A stretch of 63,929 nucleotides of DNA, counting the filler, from an uncultured bacterium (GTDB lineage Bacteria; DAOPZR01): assembly GCA_964637655.1 (NCBI GenBank). It is 5 parts of 5 records of this genome, joined end to end, with 100 filler letters (N's around TTAATTAATTAA, not from the genome) between each part and the next. Parts side by side here need not be neighbours in the genome. Positions count along the whole stretch, not along the records: positions 1 to 13,800 come from CAZWUZ010000073.1; positions 13,901 to 27,648 come from CAZWUZ010000074.1; 3 more parts are not named here. The stretch is one strand, 5' to 3'. The notes below the pieces were generated by a model, which was not told the DNA's origin, ran no database searches, and saw only the letters and a list, made by a program, of their open reading frames with translations. The first letter of the stretch is position 1; the number at the start of each line of letters is the position of its first letter. Below, piece after piece: positions 11,701-20,407 of the stretch. A program made the translations under genes and the position numbers.

Positions 11701-12871
11701 GATAAATTGCATGGTAGGCGTACGGAAAAAACCGCATGGCGCTCTGGTTGAACGTTCCGGGCCCGTGTCCGCACAGCGGGCTGTCGAGTGCCATATTCAT
11801 TGCCGCCTGCCAGATGGCGCAACGAATCTGATCATCACCACTCAGTCCATTTTGCCAAAACACTACCCGGTCGCGCAGGCTTGACGGACCAAGTACTAAC
11901 AAGAGCAGCACTGCTATCGCCAGATACCAGATTACCCGCCGCGGCAGGGGCAACAACCAGGCAATAACCACGAAACCTGCCGCGGCGGCAAGATAACCCG
12001 CACGGTTGAAGGTCAGCAGCAGGCCGGCCACGAGCAGTATGCTGCCCACTCCCCAGGTCAAACGCGCTGCCGGGCGACTGGCGTTCAGGCAACGGATGAC
12101 TGCCAGCGGCAGCAACACGACGAGAAACGCCCCATAGAAGTTGGGATTACCGAATGTCGATATCGCACGTCCGGACACGCCGATATCCGGCAGGCTGAAC
12201 CCCCTGCCCCATTCCGCCCAATCAAGCCCGAAATGCTGCATGATACCGTAGCCCGTAACGAACAGGGCCAGTACTATCAGGAATCGCTGTAAGTGCTCAA
12301 GTCCCGCACCGGGGCGTAATATCCTGCCGAGCAGCAAAAACCACATTGCGTAAAACCACAGTCGATTGAGCAACAGTGCCCCGCGCGGCAGGTCGCCACG
12401 CCACAGCGTCAGCGCCAGCAGATAAGCCGCCAGCACGCCACCTGCAATGTATAAACTGCGCACCACCGCACCAGGGTATCCTGCCCCGTTTGCGGGCAAC
12501 GCCACGACCAGTACGGCCAACAGCGGTAGTACTACTTGAAATCCGCTATACTTCACCACGTTTGCCGGAAAGGTCTCTCCGGAAATACCCAGCACCACCA
12601 GAGCCAGCAGCAGCGCCGTCCCCGTCTCCGACATGTCCCATGGCCATCGGGGTACACCGTCACGAGACAGCCAAGCATACAGCATGACTGTTCCTGCATA
12701 CGCGGCAACCACAGCCAACGCCACACCCGCCCAGAAAAGAACCAGTTTGAGCGCGGGCCACACATCATCGAGCAGTGACGCAGCATGCCATGGTGTGATA
12801 CCCGCTAATGACAGGGTGACTAGCATCCCCAAAAGCAGGAAAGGAATAGGCCCGGAAAACAGTTTTATCAT
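8726..12871 (-). CDS. O-antigen ligase (Wzy_C) domain plus TPR-like repeat large membrane protein
   Basis: STFGNPNFYGAFL, LTFNRAG, R..IW..A...PLCGHGPGTF, HAHSELL; long helical TPR-like C-terminus; start placed at MIKLF (could be further upstream). Confidence 0.85.
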   Translation of the reverse strand: MIKLFSGPIPFLLLGMLVTLSLAGITPWHAASLLDDVWPALKLVLFWAGVALAVVAAYAGTVMLYAWLSRDGVPRWPWDMSETGTALLLALVVLGISGETFPANVVKYSGFQVVLPLLAVLVVALPANGAGYPGAVVRSLYIAGGVLAAYLLALTLWRGDLPRGALLLNRLWFYAMWFLLLGRILRPGAGLEHLQRFLIVLALFVTGYGIMQHFGLDWAEWGRGFSLPDIGVSGRAISTFGNPNFYGAFLVVLLPLAVIRCLNASRPAARLTWGVGSILLVAGLLLTFNRAGYLAAAAGFVVIAWLLPLPRRVIWYLAIAVLLLLVLGPSSLRDRVVFWQNGLSGDDQIRCAIWQAAMNMALDSPLCGHGPGTFNQSAMRFFPYAYHAIYPRPVYVIEHAHSELLEWWAETGAVGSGLTAVLVAPWLLALWRGCTGAYRLPVLAALTAATGAAVHGLFETKLRYESTAVPLLFILAAALVRPQPSSPPVRSRMHVLWCGVIAAVVMLQGLVWLRGNQEMKAEVDHLLVSQLPQAQQAIARAARFDPQNLHIQYKTLLYQDLGQDSVMVQVQMTLPAVADYQDGALLLARLLARQGEVWRGLACLDRYATLYPHDDRLPTVRAELCAGAGLPRGVLEVLDGAVGGPHAERVVMMRGEAWKQLGLPDVAVNDYQRAVDRQPELLRPRLALTEHFLTEGELAAAYAQLRALMPQLSREGFTPAARQQIERFVNLVMGKPEFGRQVAVPVGDMLASARQYQQARIIYQQMAGSLGVAQETIWSRIGWLGLMAGDVGMLEASARFFAGNPSTVTTAIYLAGRSAELSGNSMTALARYEALLARQPLHLGALARVARVPVAARSALLQEQCRHAERILGVSLQKISDSDPRWVAAGMPPPPDTVARQVWLTSIFPDGTELDCSLAALLADGSERAGEWHRQRLMAGETLRLKLPAPAAAAEWEQQAITAQVLRCHAATGEQDLRPEARYPLGTGVLAAPRTEPVDTFVVRSAAALAAWLPRLEHLPMAAEQRAALRAAVDAQLYLWEQDRGRHAAWQQRYRRAMQSPQIDLGVLPLLTAVFTGERPVRQALLKLSLSGSPIAAAATAACLDECAVQDTATAPAWLWERPARLGLAGDYWQAWLNTAAAVSPGFRGGIATVLLRRHRPAEALALLRAGPPAETALRWPLVQALTAAGRDDEARALFASAAAATIATPRYQWDFGRWRRSRGEPVDEQVRLLRAAGADGWAMLLAGDVPRGCLPGFTPVELDDETIIAGLVSDPPKEGVLVRTVWLVAGGEHPVGFGTGLRAWRGTAVCAGGDWNPRPRQGALEYCRPSFDVVQRGAISTGAYALHFGRCLAGDIGMSMAVETGEIYRVTGTFGIPEGQ

Positions 12872-13010
12872 ATCGCACCATGCCGGCATTAGTTGTGCCG
12901 GGTTAATTCCCCGTCGGTTAGTATGGCATAGCTCTGCCGCGCAGGCAACCACCACCGGTACCGATGATACTGTGGCAGGCGATTATGCTATACTGTGTGC
13001 GGCATAGGTC

Positions 13011-13800
13011 ATGGAAAGAATTTGCGCATCCGACTTACGGCTCAACGGGGGCAAGCCCGCAATACGAAGCGGGGCAGGCACGGTATGCCCCCGGGGCGGC
13101 TGGTCGGTAGCTGTACTGATTTTGCTGACGGTGTTTACCGTTTTTTTTTCAGCAATCGAAATGCGCCGTTTCGACAACTACTACCTTGACCTGCACGTTT
13201 TCAGCGCCGACTACGGGCTGGTCGATGAACTTTCACGCAACCTGAGCACCGGTGGTTCAACAGTCAACAGCTACGACCGGCGCAGCCAGCTCGGCGAACA
13301 TTTTTCCGTTTTCTGGTATCTGCTTTCCCTCCCGTACCTTACGGGTGCAGGCCTGCATGCCTATCTGGTCACCAAGGGTGCAGCCATTGCCATCAGCGCG
13401 CTGCCTGTCTACTGGCTCGCCCGTCGCTGGTTGCGCTGCGGCATGGCCGCCGGCGCACTGACGACAGCCTTCCTGCTGTACCCGCCCACCATCTACCCGC
13501 TCACCACGAGTTTCAATATCGAACTCTTCGCCATTCCCACGTTCCTCTTTGCCCTCTACTTTCTTGAGCGCCAACGCTGGGGCGCCATGCTCCTTTTTCT
13601 TGCCACCGCCGCAAGCATCAAGGAAAACTATTTGCTGACCGCAGCCGCCTATGGCCTGTTTCTGTGCGGGCGCGGCCGCTGGCGTCTGGGCGCGGGCATT
13701 GCCCTGAGCGCCATTGCCGCTTTCTGCGTGATCGTGCTGTACATCATCCCCGCCTTCAACCCGCTGCCGGTGTTTCCGTCAGCCATCGAGTTGTATGCGC
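13011..13800 (+). CDS. DUF2079-like membrane protein, 3' truncated
   Basis: DYGLVD...LGEHFS, ALPVYWLAR, LLYPP, IKEN motifs. Confidence 0.8.
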
Positions 13801-13900
13801 NNNNNNNNNNNNNNNNNNNNNNNNNNNNNNNNNNNNNNNNNNNNTTAATTAATTAANNNNNNNNNNNNNNNNNNNNNNNNNNNNNNNNNNNNNNNNNNNN
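13801..13900. other. Artificial contig linker
   Basis: N44-TTAATTAATTAA-N44, stops in all six frames. Confidence 0.98.
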
Positions 13901-13929
13901 GAGCAGCAGGAACAGGTAACGCATGGGCA

Positions 13930-16482
13930 TCACTCCTGAGGTGCGGGCGCGAGCGGGCGCGCCGCGTAGTTGATATCGCGATCCAGCGCGTACAGGCGCG
14001 GTGGTAATTGTTCACCGGCGGCAAGACGCGCGGCATACCCGGTGAGCAGGCGGAACAGTTCTGCGAAAACCCCGTCGATGACTTCGCCCGGCACACCGTA
14101 ATAGATGAAGTTGACCGGCATGGCATCGCCGATGAGAAACAGGTCCTTCCAGCGCGCGCCGGGGCGGGTGCCCGGCACCGCGTCATCCTCCGCAAACTGC
14201 AGGCGCGCGACATGCCCGAGCAGCTGCCCGGTCTGCGGGTCGCGCAGCGAGCGCCAGGCAAGATAGACCGGGCGCTCGCCGAGCGTCGCCCCCGGCTGCT
14301 GCAGCTCGCGCAGCCAGTCGAGGAGGTGGGTGAATTCGGCGGTCTTGGTCGACCCGCTGACAAAGAAGAGTTCCTGGCGCGTCCCTTCGCGCACGAGCGT
14401 GGTCAGGTGCGGGGGCGTGAGCAGTGAGGTGCCGGTGACCCCGAGGAAAAGATCGCGGTCGCGCCAGGTGGCGGCCGGGAGGTCAGCAATGGTGCGGTAG
14501 TCGGGAATGCCGTCGCCTGCCGGCGTGGCGGCGTTCAGGTCGATGCCGCAGAGGGAACCGTGGCGCAGGCGCGCCTGCAGGTTGGCGCGCAGGAAACCGC
14601 CGAGTATGCCGCGCGAGCCGAGCAGCAGCGCATGGCGGTAGAGCAGCGTCCGCCCCAGCCCGTTGCCGACGGCTTCGACCGCGGCGAGAACGGACAGCGC
14701 GCAGGCCTCTGCCTCGTGCACGCTCTTGAAGGCAGAGACGGCGATGGTCAGCGCGGGCACGGCCAGTTCGCCCTGCGCCGCCTCGTGCTCCAGGTGCTGC
14801 ATGCCGTTGCGCGTATGCTCGAAGGTGGCCGGCAGCAGCGGGGCCAGCCAGTCGCGCAGCGGCATGGTGACGGATAGGCCGTCCGGCGCGGGGACGGCCG
14901 CCAGCGTCAGCGCGTCACCCAGCGTCGCCCCTGCACGGCAGAGGCGGCTCAGTTCCGGCGCGACGTAGCCGCCGTCCTCGATGAGCAGCACGCGCCGGCC
15001 GTCGGCTGCCGCCTGCAGCGCCTCGCCCAGGAAGAGATGGAGCGCGGCGAGGCGCATGGCATGGAAGTAGTCGCGGTCACCGGCGCGCAGTGCCGAGTCG
15101 AGTGCCGCCAGCGGCTCGACCGGGGAGAGGTTGCGCGCCAGCACGAAGGCGCCCTGGGCAGTGCCGCGGTAATGCGTGACCTCCTGCAGGGCATGACAGC
15201 TGAAGCGGCCGGCGGGCAGCGAGTGAAGGTCGTCGAGGTAGGTTTCGGGGACGCTGCCGCGGTAGCGGATGAAGAGCGTGGTGAGCGTGGCGCAGCCGGC
15301 GGCGGCGAGCGCCTGCATGAAGCCGAGCGTTTCCGTTGTCAGGTGATGGATCAGCACCAGCCGGTAGCCGGCCAGCAGTCCGGGCGCCGCTTTCGTGACG
15401 GCGGCAGCAAGCACCGGGAGGCGCTGCAGGTGTCCCGCCATGTCGGGGACGCGCCGCCGGGCGCCGATGCTGCAGTTGAGCGAGGTGCCGTGGCGCGAAA
15501 CATCGAGGTAGATGCGCTCGTCGGCATCAGCGAGCACGAGCAGGCGGCGCGCGGCGAGCAGGCGCGCGGCGCTGGCGTCGCCCAGCACGGCGAGCAGGCG
15601 GGCGAGCGGGCGCAGCGCCTGCTGCGGGTCGGTGCCGCCGAGCAGGCGCTCGCTCCACGGGCCGGTCCAGTGCAGCGCCACGCGCTGCAGGCCGCTGAGG
15701 CCGGCAGCGGCAAGGAGCGTGAAAAGTTCCGCCTGCTGGTCGGGAGTGATGATCAGCGCCGGGGCCTGGTTGCGGCATTCGTGCTGGACCGCGGCAGCCA
15801 GTGCGGCGGCCAGCGCGGGGAGGTCGTGGCGCACCGTGCCGGCGTCGGGCGCGGGGAGCGTATGGTGCGGCAGGCGCCGGAGGTAGAGGCGCGAATCGCG
15901 GCTCTCCTCGACCGTGCAGCGCAGGAAGCGCGCGGCGCGGTCATACTCGACAAAGATGAAGTGGGAGGCCGCGCCGCCCGGGGCGAGGGGAAGCAGCAGC
16001 GCCGGCGGCTCGGCGCTGTCGGGAGCGCCGCCGAAGGCCCCGGGGAAGAGCAGGCCACCCTGCGCGGGCGACTGCAGGGCGGCGAAGACCGCGTGCAGCC
16101 CGGCGGCCACCTCCTCCTGCCGCGCCGCGAGCGCGCGGGCGACTGACGCGCGCAGGGCCACCGCGGCCTGGCGCACGCCGAGCGCCGCAAGTTCCGGCGT
16201 TGCCGCGGCATCGACCGCGGCGGCGACGAGCACGTCGCCGGACGCGTTGCGGCACTGTTCCGCCACCTGGCGTGCGAGGAAGCCGGTGAAGGCGGTGAGC
16301 CCGCTGAACATGCGGATGCCGCTGATGTCGAGCAGGCATGACCCGTCGGCCTGGGTGAGCAGCGGCACGCCGCAGACACGCTCATCCGCGGTGGCGGTCT
16401 CCGGGCGCGCAAAGCGCTCCGCCCCGGCGAGCCGGTCGAGAATGGCGCCGATCTTTTTCCGGCGCGGGGTATCGTCGCTCAT
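13930..16482 (-). CDS. Two-domain protein: unknown N-terminal region plus S-adenosylhomocysteine hydrolase-like C-terminal region
   Basis: Motifs in SAHH order: IHHLTTET, LLIEDGGY, FEHTRNG, VPALTIAVSAFKSVHEA, LLLGSRGILG, DLFLGVTG, LIGDAMPVNF. Confidence 0.65.
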   Translation of the reverse strand: MSDDTPRRKKIGAILDRLAGAERFARPETATADERVCGVPLLTQADGSCLLDISGIRMFSGLTAFTGFLARQVAEQCRNASGDVLVAAAVDAAATPELAALGVRQAAVALRASVARALAARQEEVAAGLHAVFAALQSPAQGGLLFPGAFGGAPDSAEPPALLLPLAPGGAASHFIFVEYDRAARFLRCTVEESRDSRLYLRRLPHHTLPAPDAGTVRHDLPALAAALAAAVQHECRNQAPALIITPDQQAELFTLLAAAGLSGLQRVALHWTGPWSERLLGGTDPQQALRPLARLLAVLGDASAARLLAARRLLVLADADERIYLDVSRHGTSLNCSIGARRRVPDMAGHLQRLPVLAAAVTKAAPGLLAGYRLVLIHHLTTETLGFMQALAAAGCATLTTLFIRYRGSVPETYLDDLHSLPAGRFSCHALQEVTHYRGTAQGAFVLARNLSPVEPLAALDSALRAGDRDYFHAMRLAALHLFLGEALQAAADGRRVLLIEDGGYVAPELSRLCRAGATLGDALTLAAVPAPDGLSVTMPLRDWLAPLLPATFEHTRNGMQHLEHEAAQGELAVPALTIAVSAFKSVHEAEACALSVLAAVEAVGNGLGRTLLYRHALLLGSRGILGGFLRANLQARLRHGSLCGIDLNAATPAGDGIPDYRTIADLPAATWRDRDLFLGVTGTSLLTPPHLTTLVREGTRQELFFVSGSTKTAEFTHLLDWLRELQQPGATLGERPVYLAWRSLRDPQTGQLLGHVARLQFAEDDAVPGTRPGARWKDLFLIGDAMPVNFIYYGVPGEVIDGVFAELFRLLTGYAARLAAGEQLPPRLYALDRDINYAARPLAPAPQE

Positions 16483-17516
16483 GGCGGGGCACTCTCCTGC
16501 GGGCGGGTGCGGCGCAGTGTTTCCGCCTGCTGTTTGAGGGCGCGGAAATAGTCCGTGCCGGTGATGCGGGTCAGTTCGCGCTGCTGCTCCTGCCGGTCGA
16601 TGCGGATGCTCAGTTCGCGCACCTGCTGCTGCAGCGCCTGTTCGCGCTCTGCCACCGCCTGCACCGTGCGCACAAAGACGCGTGCCAGCGTGCCGAGCTC
16701 GTCGGTGCGCGCGGCCAGTGACGCGAGCCCGTCCGTGGCGGCGTATTCGCCGTCACCCACCCGCCGGGCCGCGTCGGTGAGCCGGGTGACCGGATCGCTG
16801 AGGCGGCGCGCGAGGCGGGTGGCGATGGCGAGCCCGGCGCAGAGCACGAGAAGGATGATGGCGCCCAGTTCATAAAGCACCACGATGGGGAGTTCGTCCT
16901 GCAGCAGCAGCACGGACTGGCTGAGCCAGGTGACCATGACGGTGAGCAGGAGAAGGTAGTGCACGGTGAGGACGGTGCGCAGGGCGATGGTCGCCGTGAG
17001 GCGTCCCGCGCGCCAGAGCAGCCAGGGAATGAACAGGAAGGCCCAGAGCGTGTCGGTGATGACAATCGGCAGGAGGAGCTCGAAGAGCGCGGCGGTGAGC
17101 GTGACGCGGCCGAGCGCGTACTCGATGCCGCTGGTGATGATGTACGGCCAGCAGGCGGCGGAGATGAGAAAGAGGAGCAGGCGCGAGAAATCGGCGGTGG
17201 TGGTCAGGCGCGCAGCCCGCCCGCGCCAGTAGAGCGCGGGGATGAGACCCATCAGCCCGTTGCCGATGCTCCAGTGCGGGGCGAAGAACAGGCCCTGCCC
17301 GGCGAGCCCGTAGCCGAGCATGTCGCCGAGGCAGCCGGTGGCAAAGCCCGCCCACGGCCCGGCGAGCAGGCCGAGCAGCATGGGGAGCGCCACCTGCGGA
17401 CGCAATTCGGCGAAAGAGCACCCGGGGAGGTGGAAGAGGCCGGAGCAGAAATTGGCCAGACCGTAGGCGGCAGCGGCAGCCAGCGTCCAGCCGACGGTGG
17501 CGCCGCGCGCCGCCAT
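16479..17516 (-). CDS. ECF S-component-like membrane domain fused to HAMP and a short conserved C-terminal tail
   Basis: ELRPQVALPMLLGLLAGPWAGFATGCLGDML...WSIGNGLMGLI (S-component pattern); PVTRLTDAARRVGDGEY...RTDELGTLARVF (HAMP); no kinase or cyclase output domain. Confidence 0.8.
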   Translation of the reverse strand: MAARGATVGWTLAAAAAYGLANFCSGLFHLPGCSFAELRPQVALPMLLGLLAGPWAGFATGCLGDMLGYGLAGQGLFFAPHWSIGNGLMGLIPALYWRGRAARLTTTADFSRLLLFLISAACWPYIITSGIEYALGRVTLTAALFELLLPIVITDTLWAFLFIPWLLWRAGRLTATIALRTVLTVHYLLLLTVMVTWLSQSVLLLQDELPIVVLYELGAIILLVLCAGLAIATRLARRLSDPVTRLTDAARRVGDGEYAATDGLASLAARTDELGTLARVFVRTVQAVAEREQALQQQVRELSIRIDRQEQQRELTRITGTDYFRALKQQAETLRRTRPQESAPP

Positions 17517-18313
17517 CAGGTGAGAGAGTCGGCCACCCGGCGCAGGGCGGCGGTGACCGGATGTTCCGGATAGCGCATGGTGAACAGTCCCTCGCTGGCC
17601 AGGGTCATCATTTCGTTGGCATGCGGCAGGATGGCGGCAACCGGGCAGCGGTAGGTGGCAGTGACGGTGCGGCGGATCTGTTCCGGGTCGAATTCCGCCG
17701 GGGTCTTGTTGACGATGAGCGACAGGTTGGGCACTTCGAGCTCGCGCGCCACCTCGACGGTCAGGCCGGTGCCCTGGTAGTCCTGGTGGTCGGGCCGCAT
17801 CACCACGAGCAGGGTATGCGACAACGCGATGGAGAGAAGCGTCTCCTCGTTCAGTCCCGGGTGTGTGTCGATGATGAGCGTATCGAGCTGCAGTTCGGTG
17901 CCGAGCGCGAAGAAGCCGCTGCTCAGGCGGTTGATGTCGTAGCCGTCCTTGAGCATGCGGGCGATATCGGCGGCGTTGGCGCTGGAGGGGATGAGGTGCA
18001 CGCTGCCGGCGGCGCCGGGCCCGAGGACGGCGGAGACATCGCGCGCGCAGCGGGTGACGGGACAGGTCCCCTGCAGGTAGTCGTTGAGTGTCGGCGCGCC
18101 GCCGGTGTCAGGCAGGCCGAAGAGGATGTGGATGCCCGGCGACTGGATGTCGGTGTCGACCACCCCGACCCGCCTGCCGCCGGCGGCCAGCAGCGCCGCG
18201 AGGTTGGCCGAGATGTTGGATTTGCCGGTCCCGCCCCGGAAGGAGTGGACCGAGATAATGCTCGTCACGCGCCTGTTCCCCCCGCCGGAAGTGCCCCGCT
18301 GCGACGTATCCAT
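17516..18313 (-). CDS. MinD/ParA family ATPase
   Basis: SFRGGTGKS deviant Walker A, VDTDIQSPG, IIDTHPGL, IVNK. Confidence 0.9.
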   Translation of the reverse strand: MDTSQRGTSGGGNRRVTSIISVHSFRGGTGKSNISANLAALLAAGGRRVGVVDTDIQSPGIHILFGLPDTGGAPTLNDYLQGTCPVTRCARDVSAVLGPGAAGSVHLIPSSANAADIARMLKDGYDINRLSSGFFALGTELQLDTLIIDTHPGLNEETLLSIALSHTLLVVMRPDHQDYQGTGLTVEVARELEVPNLSLIVNKTPAEFDPEQIRRTVTATYRCPVAAILPHANEMMTLASEGLFTMRYPEHPVTAALRRVADSLT

Positions 18314-18315
18314 GC

Positions 18316-18396
18316 ACCCTCATCCAACTTTCCCTCTCAGAGAGGGGGAAGGCAACCACCCTCTCCCGCCGCGGCGGGAGAGGGGAGGGTGAGGGT
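18316..18396. repeat. Back-to-back pair of CCCTCTC-hairpin/GTGAGGG REP-like elements
   Basis: CCCTCATCC...CCCTCTCAGAGAGGGGG (facing left) and CCCTCTCCCGCCGCGGCGGGAGAGGGGAGGGTGAGGG (facing right). Confidence 0.65.
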
Positions 18397-18592
18397 GGCT
18401 GGATAGTGGCGCTGCGCCTATAATAGCACCGGTACCGGGCAGCGTCAAACCGGCGGCGGCGCCGTTGACGCCGTACCGCCGTCGGTGCTATACTCCGGCG
18501 CTGGCGGGTGCGCGGTGAACCATTCTTCCCGACAACCCGGACAGGACTGAATGCGCCGCGACGGTTGACCGTTCCGGCAGGGGCGGAGCAGC

Positions 18593-20254
18593 ATGGCGGA
18601 GATGACGGACAACGGAGCGGGCGGGGCGACGAATGCCGCCGGTGTGCCGGCGCCCGCGGCGCTGCAGGCGGAGATCGCGCGGCGCCGCACCTTTGCCATC
18701 ATCAGCCATCCCGACGCGGGGAAGACGACGCTGACGGAGAAGTTCCTGCTCTTTGCCGGCGCCATCCAGACCGCGGGCGCGGTCAAATCGAACAAGATCA
18801 AGAAGACCACCGTCTCCGACTTCATGGAGATCGAGCGGCAGCGCGGCATCTCGGTGGCCACCGCGGTGATGAGTTTCACCTACGGCGAGCTCAACCTGAC
18901 GCTGCTCGACACCCCGGGCCACAAGGACTTTGCCGAGGACACCTTCCGCACGCTGACCGCGGTCGACAGCGTCATTCTCGTCGTTGACAGCGTCAAGGGG
19001 GTGGAGGAGCAGACCGAGAAACTGATGCAGGTCTGCCGCATGCGCCAGACGCCCGTCATGATCTTCTGCAACAAGATGGACCGCGAGGGGGAGAGCCCGT
19101 TCGCGCTGCTCGACGAACTCGAGCACAAACTCAACATCAGGGTGCAGCCGCTGACCTGGCCGATTTCGCGCGGCGCCAGTTTCAAGGGGGTCTACGATCT
19201 CTTCCACCGCAAGCTGCATCTCTTCCGCGCCGGGCGCAGCGAGGTGCCCGAGCCGGGCATCGCCATCAGCGACCTGCGTGACGGGAAACTCGACGAGCAC
19301 GTCGGCGATTCCTACGCGAAGCAGCTGCGCGAGGACGCGGACCTGATGGCGGGGGTATACGAACCGTTCGCGGTCGACCGCTACCTGGCCGGCGAGCTGG
19401 CACCCGTCTTCTTCGGCAGCGCGCTCAACAATTTCGGGGTGAAGGAACTGCTGGACATGTTCATCGCCGTCTCGCCGCTGCCGCAGCCGCGCGCGGCGGA
19501 GACGCGCACCGTGCAGCCGGCGGAGAGCGCGTTTTCGGGCTTTGTGTTCAAGATCCACGCCAACCTCGACCTGCGGCACCGCGACCGCATCGCCTTTATC
19601 CGCGTCTGCTCGGGCACCTTCCGGCGCAATACCTTCTACCGGCACACGCGGCTGGGTAAGGATTTGCGCTTCGCCAACCCGGCAAGTTTCATGGGGCAGC
19701 GCAAGGAAGTGGTCGACGAAGCATACCCGGGTGACGTGGTCGGGCTGTTCGACCGCGGCAACTTCAAGATCGGCGACACGCTGACCGAGGGTGAGCACCT
19801 GCAGTTCCGCGGCATCCCGTCGTTCTCCCCCGAGCAGTTCCGCGAACTGGTGCGCAAGTCGGAAAAGGCCAAGCAGCTGGACAAGGGCATCCGCCAGCTC
19901 ACGGACGAGGGGGTGGCGCAGCTCTTCACTATTGACAACGGGCGGCGCACCATCGTCGGCACGGTCGGGCTGCTGCAGTTCGAGGTCATCCAGTACCGCC
20001 TCGAACACGAGTACGGTGCCGACTGCTACTTTACCGCGCTCGACTTCTACAAGGCGTTGTGGCTGACGGCGGCGGACGAGGCGGCGCTGGCGGAGTTCAT
20101 CGACCACAAGGCGCCGCGCATCGGCTACGACAAGGAAAACCGCCCGGTCTTCTTTGTCGAGTCGGAATGGATGCTCAACCACTACATCAAGCAGTACCCG
20201 AAGGTCAGGTTCCACTTCACCTCGGAGTGCCGCAGCGACGACATGCCCGCCTGA
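18593..20254 (+). CDS. prfC: Peptide chain release factor 3
   Basis: [58 protein letters not shown]. Confidence 0.97.
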   Translation: MAEMTDNGAGGATNAAGVPAPAALQAEIARRRTFAIISHPDAGKTTLTEKFLLFAGAIQTAGAVKSNKIKKTTVSDFMEIERQRGISVATAVMSFTYGELNLTLLDTPGHKDFAEDTFRTLTAVDSVILVVDSVKGVEEQTEKLMQVCRMRQTPVMIFCNKMDREGESPFALLDELEHKLNIRVQPLTWPISRGASFKGVYDLFHRKLHLFRAGRSEVPEPGIAISDLRDGKLDEHVGDSYAKQLREDADLMAGVYEPFAVDRYLAGELAPVFFGSALNNFGVKELLDMFIAVSPLPQPRAAETRTVQPAESAFSGFVFKIHANLDLRHRDRIAFIRVCSGTFRRNTFYRHTRLGKDLRFANPASFMGQRKEVVDEAYPGDVVGLFDRGNFKIGDTLTEGEHLQFRGIPSFSPEQFRELVRKSEKAKQLDKGIRQLTDEGVAQLFTIDNGRRTIVGTVGLLQFEVIQYRLEHEYGADCYFTALDFYKALWLTAADEAALAEFIDHKAPRIGYDKENRPVFFVESEWMLNHYIKQYPKVRFHFTSECRSDDMPA

Positions 20255-20407
20255 CCGGGCGGGATGTCAACCCGGAACACCGGCCTGTGTGCGGCAGAAC
20301 GTCCGGCTCCACGGCGAAACCGCGGAAACCGGCTTGTTTGTATCAGCGGGTACGCGATGCTCCAGCCCGTGCATGGCGGCGATGGTCGCCCCATCCGGCA
20401 GGAATAA

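Noticed and set aside
17516-18313. Calling the ATPase minD of the division system or a plasmid parA
   Set aside because: No minC/minE or parB nearby, and no obvious C-terminal membrane-targeting helix
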